Under the pieces are notes generated by a model. That model saw only the letters and a program-made list of their open reading frames with translations, ran no database searches and was not told the origin of the DNA. From assembly GCA_015492715.1 (NCBI GenBank), contig WGEO01000154.1, forward strand, positions 1 to 44,599: a stretch of 44,599 nt of DNA, written 5' to 3'. Every line of letters starts with the position of its first letter. Position 1 is the first letter of the stretch. Below are positions 9,555 through 19,689 of the stretch, one piece after another. The position numbers and the translations under genes are program-made. Source of the stretch: Phycisphaerales bacterium. Its GTDB lineage: Bacteria; Planctomycetota; Phycisphaerae; Phycisphaerales; UBA1924.

Positions 9555-10246
9555 GACTCACCCCCGCTCTGCGCGCCCATGGGCGAGACCTTCGCCTGCT
9601 TGTCCGTCTGCGAACTCGGACCGTTCAGCCACGCCTCCAGCTCATCACGCTCGATCACCAGATAGCGGTGGTTCAGCATCTCGAAGCAGGTCATGTCGCT
9701 GACACGGATCAGTGTCGCACGCTCGCTGTTCCGGCCGCTGAGCCTCGCGTTGCGGCTCTTCTCCGGATCCGCACTCAGGGCCACCAGCGCCCGCCGATCC
9801 AGCCCAAGAGCACCCAGCATCGCCTCGAACGCGCGGGTCTTCGGCTCGCTGAACGCAAGCGAATCCATCACGCGAACCTCGCCGTCCAGCAACTTGCTGA
9901 GCAGCGCATTGCGGTTCGCCTTGCGCCGCATCTTCACCGGCATCGCCAGACGATAATCCTCACGCGTCTTCGTCTTCGCGTGCGCCCTGCCGCCGCCCTT
10001 GAAGATGTTCGCCTTGCGGTCGCCGTGCCGGGCACGCCCCGTGCCCTTCTGGCGATAGATCTTGCGACCGGACCCCTCGACCTGGCTGCGCGACTTCGTG
10101 CGCGCCGAACCCTGCCGACGGTTCGCGTGATACCGCACATATGCCTGCTTGATGAGCACGGGGTTGACCGTGCCCCCGAGGGCCTGCTCGTCGATCGACA
10201 TGCTGCCGACCTCGTCGCCCTTCATGTTGTAGACGGGTACATCCAT
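9551..10246 (-). CDS. rplD: 50S ribosomal protein uL4
   Basis: 231 aa from ATG 10246 (MDVPVYNMKGDEV...), preceded by GAGGATACGAA. The motif ...RQKGTGRARHGD... is present. The track extension to GTG 10333 is RGG-rich with lower GC3 and is probably non-coding. Confidence 0.92.
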   Translation of the reverse strand: MDVPVYNMKGDEVGSMSIDEQALGGTVNPVLIKQAYVRYHANRRQGSARTKSRSQVEGSGRKIYRQKGTGRARHGDRKANIFKGGGRAHAKTKTREDYRLAMPVKMRRKANRNALLSKLLDGEVRVMDSLAFSEPKTRAFEAMLGALGLDRRALVALSADPEKSRNARLSGRNSERATLIRVSDMTCFEMLNHRYLVIERDELEAWLNGPSSQTDKQAKVSPMGAQSGGES

Positions 10247-10353
10247 TTCGTATCCTCGCCCAGTGCCTCCGCGTCCCTTCGAACGCCCGCCTCGCCCGCC
10301 GGATCCTCTCGCCAGCCGTCGCTGGTCTCGCACCTCCGCGTGGTGCGCGGTCC

Positions 10354-10373
10354 GGCCGAGCCCCGACTCGGCC
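10354..10373 (-). promoter_or_regulatory. GC-rich hairpin inside the rplC-rplD spacer (function unknown)
   Basis: GGCCGAG (10354-10360) pairs with CTCGGCC (10367-10373) around a 6-nt loop. Three or four more pairs are possible after a 2x2 internal loop. Confidence 0.3.
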
Positions 10374-10382
10374 CCGCCGACA

Positions 10383-10394
10383 CGATCATGATCG
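10383..10394. repeat. Perfect 12-bp palindrome CGATCATGATCG in the rplC-rplD spacer
   Basis: Read directly from the sequence; it is its own reverse complement. Its function is unknown. Confidence 0.6.
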
Positions 10395-10499
10395 ATCGCC
10401 CCGGCCCTTTCTGTCGTCGCCCGGCGGTTTCACGCGACCTGCCGGACCCCGCGGCGTGCCTCCTTCCGCACCCGCGAGCATGTCCCTTCCAGACGCCCC

Positions 10500-11174
10500 C
10501 TACGACGCCCTTGCCTTGCTCTTGTACAGCCGAACCGCCGGCCGCACCATCACCATCGACTTGTTCGCCCCGGGCACGGGTCCCTTCACCAGCAGCAGCC
10601 CTCGCTCGGGATCGACCTTCACGACATCCAGGCTCCGGACCGTCACACGGGCGTTGCCCATCTGCCCGGCCATCTTCTTGCCCTTCTTGATCCGACCACT
10701 CTTGCCGGCATTGTTCGCATGCCCGCCGATCGAACCCGGACTCCGGTGCTTGCGCTCGACACCATGGCTGGCCAGTTGCCCCTTGAAGTTGTGGCGCTTC
10801 ATGGTGCCCTGATAGCCCTTGCCCTTGCTCGTGCCAATCACATCCACGAAACGAATCTCGCCGAGGTCCTCGACACCCAGACGCTGCCCGATCTCGAAGG
10901 ACTCCAGCTCGCTCGCATCGACACGGAACTCGCGATGCCAGCGGAGCGGCTCGCTCCCGGCCTTCGCATCGTGCGCGATCATCGGTATCGTGCTGTTGCG
11001 GGGCTTCATCTCCCCGTAGCCGATCTGCACCGCCGCGTAGCCGTCACGCTCGGGCGTGCGAATCTGCGTCACCACGCAGGGACCGACCTGAATCACCGTC
11101 ACGGGCACGATCGCATGGTCCTCGCCATACACGCGAGTCATCCCGAGTTTCGTGCCCAGCAGTGCAACGCCCAT
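10500..11174 (-). CDS. rplC: 50S ribosomal protein uL3
   Basis: 224 aa from ATG 11174 ([18 protein letters not shown]...). The rest of the 403-aa track ORF upstream runs through the rpsJ gene in another frame. Confidence 0.94.
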   Translation of the reverse strand: MGVALLGTKLGMTRVYGEDHAIVPVTVIQVGPCVVTQIRTPERDGYAAVQIGYGEMKPRNSTIPMIAHDAKAGSEPLRWHREFRVDASELESFEIGQRLGVEDLGEIRFVDVIGTSKGKGYQGTMKRHNFKGQLASHGVERKHRSPGSIGGHANNAGKSGRIKKGKKMAGQMGNARVTVRSLDVVKVDPERGLLLVKGPVPGANKSMVMVRPAVRLYKSKARAS

Positions 11175-11227
11175 GGCTGCCAACCCCAAAAAAAGCAGGA
11201 CCCTCAGAGCCCCGCAACACCAGTCCC

Positions 11228-11536
11228 TCAGGTCTTGATCCGAATGAAGACGCCGGCGGGAACGATGAGACGATTCAGCGCCTCGACCGTCCGCGCGTTG
11301 GGCTCGAGAATGTCGATGATCCGCTTGTGCGTGCGGATCTCGAACTGCTCGCGGCTCTTCTTGTCGATGAACGGGCCACGAAGCACCGTGTACCGCTCGA
11401 TCCGAGTCGGGAGCGGGATCGGACCCGCGACCTTCGCGTTCGTCCGCTTCGCGTGATCGACGATCTCCTTCGCCGACGCATCGAGCGCGACATGGTCGTA
11501 GGCTTCCATCCGGATGCGAATCTTTCCGCCTGTCAT
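11228..11536 (-). CDS. rpsJ: 30S ribosomal protein uS10
   Basis: 102 aa from ATG 11536 ([26 protein letters not shown]...RIIDILEP...). This is only the last 102 aa of the 527-aa track ORF. Confidence 0.95.
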   Translation of the reverse strand: MTGGKIRIRMEAYDHVALDASAKEIVDHAKRTNAKVAGPIPLPTRIERYTVLRGPFIDKKSREQFEIRTHKRIIDILEPNARTVEALNRLIVPAGVFIRIKT

Positions 11537-11544
11537 GAAACCCC

Positions 11545-11591
11545 GTCCAACGACTCCGAGCCCAGCCCGTGTCACCTCGTTCGAGTCGGAC
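11545..11591 (-). promoter_or_regulatory. Imperfect 13-bp hairpin in the rpsJ 5' leader (candidate regulatory structure)
   Basis: GTC-[CAA]-CGACTC-CGAG, a 15-nt loop, then CTCG-[TTC]-GAGTCG-GAC. It lies 9-55 nt upstream of the rpsJ ATG, and its 3' arm in the mRNA abuts the weak SD-like GGACGGGG. Confidence 0.25.
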
Positions 11592-11920
11592 GGCGAACGC
11601 CACCGTCCAAACACCTGCTCCACGGAGTCCCGCTTCCGCACTCCCGACCCGGGCGACGACGACCCGCACCGCCGCACAAAGCCTCGCAGGCGGCAATCCG
11701 GCCGTCGGCACACATCACAGGATCGGGTCTGCCTCCACTGCGGACCCTGCCGAGCCGCAAAGCGTATCCACCATGCCCCCGGAGTCAAACCGACTCCCCC
11801 ATCCCTGACCCACAATAATCCACTCTCTTGCGATCCCCGACGCTTCCTCGGACGAATCATCCCGCTGCAGAAGGCTCGATCATGACACGCCGAGCCACCT
11901 CCCCGAATCGAGGTCACATC

Positions 11921-13345
11921 ATGCAACGCCTCATCCTCGCACTCCTCCTCCTCGCAGCCCCAGCCATGCCCGCCCTCGCCCAGCGGGCGGTCGTCCTGGA
12001 GAAGGAGCCCCTCCACCTTCCGGACCTGGGCCTCCAGGTCTTCATCCCCGAGGGCGCCGTCGCGGAGCCCGCTCTCACAGAGCAGGCCACGCGTGTCACG
12101 ATCCGGGTACCCGATCAGGAATGGGTCATCAACATTCAGGCTCCCCCGCCGACACCCGCAGAAGCCCGCGCGTCGCAGATCATCGACGAGATCTACCAGG
12201 AACTCCGCAAGCGATTCGGAGTAACACGCAACGCCATTGATCCTGATACAGAAAAACCCTATGAAGAGGTCGTTGAAACACGGGCACGACCCATCGAGCG
12301 AACCCCGAACCTCGTGATTGCTGGCCGGAACGCCGAACGCCTCTATGTCTCCGTCGCCGATGCCCCCAACGCCCGCAGGTGGCTCCTCGGCTATACCGTC
12401 GTCGAAACCACACCGACCGAGTATCTCATCTTCGAACTCCAGTCTCCTCTCGACGAAATCACCCGGGCCCGTGCCGCCTATGAGACCGTCGTCGCCTCGG
12501 TGACATTCGATGACACCCAGGCGAAGGTCACGGAGCGTGCCAAACGCATCGCCCGTGGCATCGAACTCATGGCACTGCTCGACCGCGAGACCTTCGAACG
12601 CATCCTTGCCGACAACGCCGAGCGATGGGAACGCCTCTATATCCCCGCGGGTACCGGTGCATCCAGCGACGACACAGAGATCGGCTACCGTCGAATCCGT
12701 GCCTTCAAGGGCGTTCGCGGCAACCTCGACCCCAGCAAGCCGCCGTCCGCATACGACGCCACCGAGCAGGAGCCCGGCTATCTCGTCGCGATGGATGTCC
12801 GCATCCTGCAACAGGATATTCCCGTAGACACCCGCGCCGTCTACTTCCTCTCACTCGATGGTCGAAGTGAAGCCTGGACCATCGTCATGACCCGACGCGA
12901 CCCGACTGCCGGTGCCGTGACCTTCCGTGAGACCGGGGCACGCCATGAAACCAGCCTCAAGATCCTGACCGAGAGCACGGGCCAGCCACCCAGGGCCATT
13001 CGGCCACTCTTCACGACCGAGGGCTACCTCCCCCAGGTCCAGGCCCTCCTGCTCCCCCAGATCCTCGCGACACTCGCCATTCCCGGCGAGTATGCCTTCT
13101 ACGCCTATCGCACGGTCGACCAGAAGGTCCGCCTGCGCGAAGACACCCTCGCCGAGGTCGGAGGCCGTCCGGGTGTCCTGACCCTGCAAACCCTCTTTCA
13201 CGAGGACCAGCCCCCTCAGGTCACCCTCCTGCGGACCGACGGCACCGTGATCCGCACAGACCTGCCCGGCGGACGAGTCTGGGAGCCCATCACGCTCGAA
13301 CGCCTCGTGTCGCTGTGGCGCGACAAGGGCCTGCCCATGAACTGA
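11921..13345 (+). CDS. Secreted hypothetical protein with no recognisable domain
   Basis: 474 aa from ATG 11921, preceded by GAGG. It has a clear signal peptide, [21 protein letters not shown]. High GC3 runs throughout. I recognise no motif. Confidence 0.75.
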   Translation: MQRLILALLLLAAPAMPALAQRAVVLEKEPLHLPDLGLQVFIPEGAVAEPALTEQATRVTIRVPDQEWVINIQAPPPTPAEARASQIIDEIYQELRKRFGVTRNAIDPDTEKPYEEVVETRARPIERTPNLVIAGRNAERLYVSVADAPNARRWLLGYTVVETTPTEYLIFELQSPLDEITRARAAYETVVASVTFDDTQAKVTERAKRIARGIELMALLDRETFERILADNAERWERLYIPAGTGASSDDTEIGYRRIRAFKGVRGNLDPSKPPSAYDATEQEPGYLVAMDVRILQQDIPVDTRAVYFLSLDGRSEAWTIVMTRRDPTAGAVTFRETGARHETSLKILTESTGQPPRAIRPLFTTEGYLPQVQALLLPQILATLAIPGEYAFYAYRTVDQKVRLREDTLAEVGGRPGVLTLQTLFHEDQPPQVTLLRTDGTVIRTDLPGGRVWEPITLERLVSLWRDKGLPMN

Positions 13346-13388
13346 TCGAGCCCTCATCGAGCCGCTCTCTGCCGTACAGTCCCGCCCT

Positions 13389-14219
13389 GTGCGCACACGA
13401 CTGACCCTGGGACCGCTGCTGATCTTTGCGACCGTTGCTGTCTTTGCGGTCGATCAATGGCTTGCCGCGATCCCCGGGACAATCCTGACCGGAGTCGCCC
13501 TCGTGCTGGCGACGCTTGCGTCCCGCGAGATCGCCACGATCGGGCGCACAAAGGGGGTTCCTGTCTCGCCTATGGCTCTCGCGATGGCAGCGGCCTTGGG
13601 GGTCCTTGCCCTGCCCTGGCTTGCTCCAATCGCGGGCGACACCTCGGCGATCGTCGCGTATGCCGCAATCGTCGTCCTCGTCATCGGACTGGCACCGAAC
13701 CTCGTCGCCCGCCGACCAGCTGGAGCGAGCGCAGCGGCTGGCCTGGCTCTCGTCTGCTTCGCCCACATCGGCCTCTCGCTGGGCTTTCTCATCGACCTGA
13801 GACAGGAGACTTCCGCCTGGTTCCTGCTCGGGATCATCGTCATGACCAAGGCATGCGATACCTTCGCCTATTTCACAGGGACCGCAATCGGCAGGCACAA
13901 ACTCATTCCGTGGCTCAGCCCGGGCAAGACCTGGGAGGGCCTGGCCGGAGGAATCGCCGGTTCCTGCCTCGTCGCGGCCGCCCTCTGGTGGATCCTGCCT
14001 GAAACCGCCAGTCTGAACGCGTGGCTCATCCTGCCCACGGGCATCCTCATCGCCTGCACCGGACAGGCCGGCGATCTTCTGGTCAGCCTCTACAAGCGTG
14101 ACGCAGGGCTGAAGGACTCCGGAGAAACACTCCCCGGCTTTGGGGGCATTCTGGACATACTCGACTCCCCCCTGCTGGTGGGGCCGATGGCCCATGTCTG
14201 GTTTACCGTCGTCCTTGGA

Positions 14220-14225
<6 letters not shown>
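13389..14225 (+). CDS. cdsA: Phosphatidate cytidylyltransferase (CDP-diglyceride synthase)
   Basis: 278 aa, multi-TM, GTG start. The CdsA signature ...KACDTFAYFTGTAIGRHKLIPWLSPGKTWEGLAGG... and ...SLYKRDAGLKDSG..LPGFGGILD are both present. Confidence 0.93.
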
Positions 14226-16694
<2,469 letters not shown>

Positions 16695-17300
16695 TCACTT
16701 CGCCTCGCTGCCGTCCTTCTCCAGCAGGACGAGCCATTCCAGATTGCCACGCCCGCCCTTGCCCCCACGGATCGGCGAACACACAGAATCCACGACCCGC
16801 ACGCCCAACCCCGCAAGCCCCGCGATCGTCTGCTCGGCGATTCGGCGGGCCTCCTCGTCCGGGAGCACGCCCTGCGATCCCAGCGCCTCGAGCATCGCCC
16901 ACTGCACCTCATAGTGGGGCTTGACGAGGCTCACGATGCGTCCATTCTCCCCCAGCCATCGCAGCGCCGCCGGTATCGCCCGCTCCTGTCGCGTCCAGCC
17001 CAGATCGAGGACCACGAGATCCACGACCTCGGGCGGCTCCATGTGCAGCGCGTTGGTGCGCTCGTGGACGACCACGCGCGGATCCTGTCGCAGGCGCCAT
17101 GCCAGTTGGCCATAGGCCGTGTCCACGCTGTGCACGCGCAGAGCCCCACGCTGAAGCAGACAGTCGGTGAAACCTCCCGTCGAACATCCCAGATCCGCAC
17201 AGACCAGGCCCTCGACCTCCAGCCCGAAGGTGTCCAGCGCGTGGGCGAGCTTGACCCCGCCTCGCGATACGAAATCCTGCCCCTCCGCGCTGGTACCCAA
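16695..17300 (-). CDS. TlyA-like FtsJ-family rRNA 2'-O-methyltransferase lacking the S4 domain
   Basis: 201 aa with ...FVSRGGVKLAHALDTFGLEVEGLVCADLGCSTGGFTDCLLQRGA..VHSVD.... The apparent start is TTG 17300, after GAGGCGAGGAAGG. There is no room for an N-terminal S4 domain because the lpxI stop is at 17325. Confidence 0.8.
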   Translation of the reverse strand: MGTSAEGQDFVSRGGVKLAHALDTFGLEVEGLVCADLGCSTGGFTDCLLQRGALRVHSVDTAYGQLAWRLRQDPRVVVHERTNALHMEPPEVVDLVVLDLGWTRQERAIPAALRWLGENGRIVSLVKPHYEVQWAMLEALGSQGVLPDEEARRIAEQTIAGLAGLGVRVVDSVCSPIRGGKGGRGNLEWLVLLEKDGSEAK

Positions 17301-17324
17301 TCCTGTCGCCTTCCTCGCCTCGAC

Positions 17325-18206
17325 CTATCCCGCCGCCATCGGCACGCCCACGATCGCGATGCCGAGGCGGTCCGCCTCACGGATCATCTCGTCCTTGTCG
17401 ATCATGATGACATCGTCGGCGGCGATGGCCAGGCACCCCCCGCCGTGCTCGTGCATCTTGCGGATCGTCTGGATGCCGACCGTCGGCACATCGCTCCTGC
17501 GATCATGCCCGACGCGCGATCCCTTGCAGAGCGTCCATCCGCGTGCCCGGCACAGCCCGCCCGTGCGTTCGATCATGGCGTCGGTCCCCTCGACGGCCTC
17601 GACGCTGATCGTGTCGCGGTCGCGCACCGCCACCGCCTGCCCGATGTCCAGTCGCAACAGTTCGCACAGCAACGGCCAGACGAACTCGATGTCCGCCTGC
17701 TGCTGCGCCGTCGGCTTCGTCTTCGTCATCACGCCCGCATGCGCGAGCTGATCGCGGATCGGTACCGTCGAGTCCATCAGGCTCACCCCCGCTCGTTCGA
17801 GCGTCTCGGCGATCATCCCCAGCACGGCGTATGAGCGCCGGTCGTGGCGCAGACGGATGGCACCCCGGATCGTCGTCAGGTCCGGAATATTGCGAACCAC
17901 CCGCATCGGATCGTGCATGATCCGGGCCTTGTCCACCTTCCCCACCATGATCGCATGCCGAACCCGTCGACGCTTGAGCACGCGGGCCCACTGCCCGAGG
18001 CGGAACAGGCCCACCTCCCGAAACGATGCACACAGGTCCGGGAGCGACGGATCGTACTGGCGGCTCAGCCCCACGCCGTGCACCTCGTATCCCATCCGAC
18101 GCAGACCCCTGGCCACCAGGATGGGCAATCGCCCTCCGCCGGCGATGAGCCCGACGGGTCCCGGTGGCTCCGGCGGATCCGGCAGGATGCTCAGCGTGTT
18201 CAGCAC
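17325..18206 (-). CDS. lpxI: UDP-2,3-diacylglucosamine diphosphatase LpxI (DUF1009 family)
   Basis: 293 aa with GLIAGGGRLPILVA near the N-terminus and ...LDIGQAVAVRD..ISVEAVEGTDAMIERTG...DVPTVG... GTG start. Confidence 0.85.
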   Translation of the reverse strand: MLNTLSILPDPPEPPGPVGLIAGGGRLPILVARGLRRMGYEVHGVGLSRQYDPSLPDLCASFREVGLFRLGQWARVLKRRRVRHAIMVGKVDKARIMHDPMRVVRNIPDLTTIRGAIRLRHDRRSYAVLGMIAETLERAGVSLMDSTVPIRDQLAHAGVMTKTKPTAQQQADIEFVWPLLCELLRLDIGQAVAVRDRDTISVEAVEGTDAMIERTGGLCRARGWTLCKGSRVGHDRRSDVPTVGIQTIRKMHEHGGGCLAIAADDVIMIDKDEMIREADRLGIAIVGVPMAAG

Positions 18207-18267
18207 GCGCCCATTCTACTGCCCGCCCCCTGCAGACCCCCGCGCCCGCGATCCGATACACACACCC

Positions 18268-18486
18268 ATGCCCGGGGAACAGTTCCGCCCGCAGCCCCTT
18301 GCCCGACCGGCCATGGCACGCCCTTCCATCGGCGTCTACTTCCGGTGCGCCAACGCCTATGTGCGCGTCTTCCGGAGCGCCGACGCCAGCCACTACCTCG
18401 CTCGCTGCCCGAACTGCGGACGCACCATCCGCTTCCGCGTCGGCCCCAATGGCACGAACCAGCGCTTCTTCGAGGTCACCTGCTGA
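18268..18486 (+). CDS. Small Cys-containing zinc-ribbon-like protein (57-72 aa)
   Basis: This is the C-terminal part of track ORF 17857..18486: ...IGVYFRCANAYVRVFRSADASHYLARCPNCGRTIRFRV.... ATG 18268 or ATG 18313 could be the start. It fills the only gap between lpxI and the permease. Confidence 0.5.
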   Translation: MPGEQFRPQPLARPAMARPSIGVYFRCANAYVRVFRSADASHYLARCPNCGRTIRFRVGPNGTNQRFFEVTC

Positions 18487-18493
18487 CCCCGCC

Positions 18494-19681
18494 TCACGCG
18501 TCGGCCGGGCACGCATGCGACCGTCCGCGAAGGAAGCCGATGATGCGCGTGCTCAGCGATCGCGCAATCCCCACGCCGAGAACGATCGCGAGCATCCCCC
18601 CGGCGACCTGATCCCATACCGCCGCGTGCTCATGGGCCTCCATGATCTCGCCGACCTTCCCCAGCCCGTTGGGCAGCAGCATGTCGAGAATCGTCCCCGC
18701 GGCGAGGCTCGTGACCGCAATGACGCCCAGATAGATGCCCAGTGCCCGCGTTCCGAGATCCTTGAGCACCCACGCCATGGTCGCCGGATTCGTCGCCGGT
18801 CCCGCAAGCAGGAAGATCAGGGCCGCCCCCGGACTCAGGCCCGCCGCGATCAACGCTGCGGCAAGGGGTGTGCTCGCCGTTGCGCAGATATACAGGGGCA
18901 CCCCCACGCCCAGCATCAGGAGGCGGCTTGCCCACGCCCCCAGTTCACCGCCCGCCAGGTGTTCCTGGATCCATCCCGGCGGGATCAGCACCATGATGAG
19001 CGCACTGAGCCCCAGCCCGATCCCCATCCAGACCCCGAGATCCGCCGGGAGCGTCACGAACGAATACCGGAGTGCCCGCACGATCCACGGCTCCCGCCGC
19101 ACCGCCTTGCCTTGACAGCACGACGACGCGGGGGCCTCGTCATCCGCACCCGAGCAGCACGAGGACTCCGACGGCTCGTCCTTCGAGCAGCACGATGAGG
19201 CTCCCGTCGATGCGGAGCAGCAACCCCCCGACGCTGCATCGGGCGCTTCCTCGATCGTCCTGTCCTCGCCCCGATCATCGCAGAATCGATCGATCAGCAG
19301 CCCGGCACTGATGGCACTGATGAGCGCCACGAACGGGCGCACGATCGCCATGATCGGCCCCAGCAACGCCCAGGTCAGCCCGATCGCGGGCAGGTCCACC
19401 TCCGGGCTCGAGATGGCGATCGAGGTGCTCGCGCCCTTGCTCGCCCCGCGAGCCCGCACCCCGGCGGCAAACGGAATGACCGAGCACGAGCACAGCGGAA
19501 TGGGTGCCCCCAGCAACGCCCCCCTGAATACACCCCAGCGCCCGCTCAGTTGACGCTCGATCCACGCACGGGGCACGAGGGCATGCAACAGCCCGGCAAC
19601 GACGAACCCCGCCAGCAGCCACACCCCCGCCTCGACCAGAATGTCCCACAACGCGATCGCCCAGCGCACGGCAATGTCCAT
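18494..19681 (-). CDS. ArsP/DUF318-type permease with a Cys-Cys-rich cytoplasmic loop (putative metal or metalloid transporter)
   Basis: 395 aa from ATG 19681 (MDIAVRWAIALWDIL...), multi-TM. The family motif PLCSCSVIPF is present. The central loop is GGCCSASTGASSCCSKDEPSESSCCSGADDEAPASSCCQ. Confidence 0.85.
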   Translation of the reverse strand: MDIAVRWAIALWDILVEAGVWLLAGFVVAGLLHALVPRAWIERQLSGRWGVFRGALLGAPIPLCSCSVIPFAAGVRARGASKGASTSIAISSPEVDLPAIGLTWALLGPIMAIVRPFVALISAISAGLLIDRFCDDRGEDRTIEEAPDAASGGCCSASTGASSCCSKDEPSESSCCSGADDEAPASSCCQGKAVRREPWIVRALRYSFVTLPADLGVWMGIGLGLSALIMVLIPPGWIQEHLAGGELGAWASRLLMLGVGVPLYICATASTPLAAALIAAGLSPGAALIFLLAGPATNPATMAWVLKDLGTRALGIYLGVIAVTSLAAGTILDMLLPNGLGKVGEIMEAHEHAAVWDQVAGGMLAIVLGVGIARSLSTRIIGFLRGRSHACPADA

Positions 19682-19689
19682 GCGGGATC

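Noticed and set aside
10247-10333. An RGG-rich N-terminal extension of uL4 (GTG 10333: VRDQRRLARGSGGRGGRSKGRGGTGRGYE)
   Set aside because: About a third of its codons end in A or T, compared with the strong GC3 bias of real genes here. The canonical uL4 N-terminus starts at ATG 10246 behind a GAGGA SD. I keep it only as an alternative to test.
10386-10481. A 31-codon sORF ([31 protein letters not shown]) in the rplC-rplD spacer, behind GGAAGGGAC
   Set aside because: Its GC3 is only about 63%, its composition is Gly/Arg/Pro low-complexity, and there is no supporting evidence. It is mentioned as a Ribo-seq check only.
11576-11591. A GTTCGAGTC string resembling a tRNA T-loop in the S10 leader
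   Set aside because: The flanking bases do not form a 5-bp T-stem, and I could not build an acceptor, D or anticodon arm. It is better explained as one arm of the leader hairpin.
11537-12811. The upstream 425 codons of the 527-aa minus-strand ORF that ends as rpsJ
   Set aside because: Only the last 102 aa match uS10 and they begin at a proper ATG. The remainder runs through the leader and lies antisense to the signal-peptide protein. Its composition is Gly/Asp/Arg-rich junk.
17503-18516. A 337-aa minus-strand ORF overlapping lpxI in another frame, and the 5' part of plus ORF 17857-18486
   Set aside because: The lpxI frame carries the conserved DIGQ/EGTDAMI motifs. The alternative frames are Arg/Gly/Ala-rich with no motifs. 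Only the last 57-72 codons of the plus ORF lie in a real gap.
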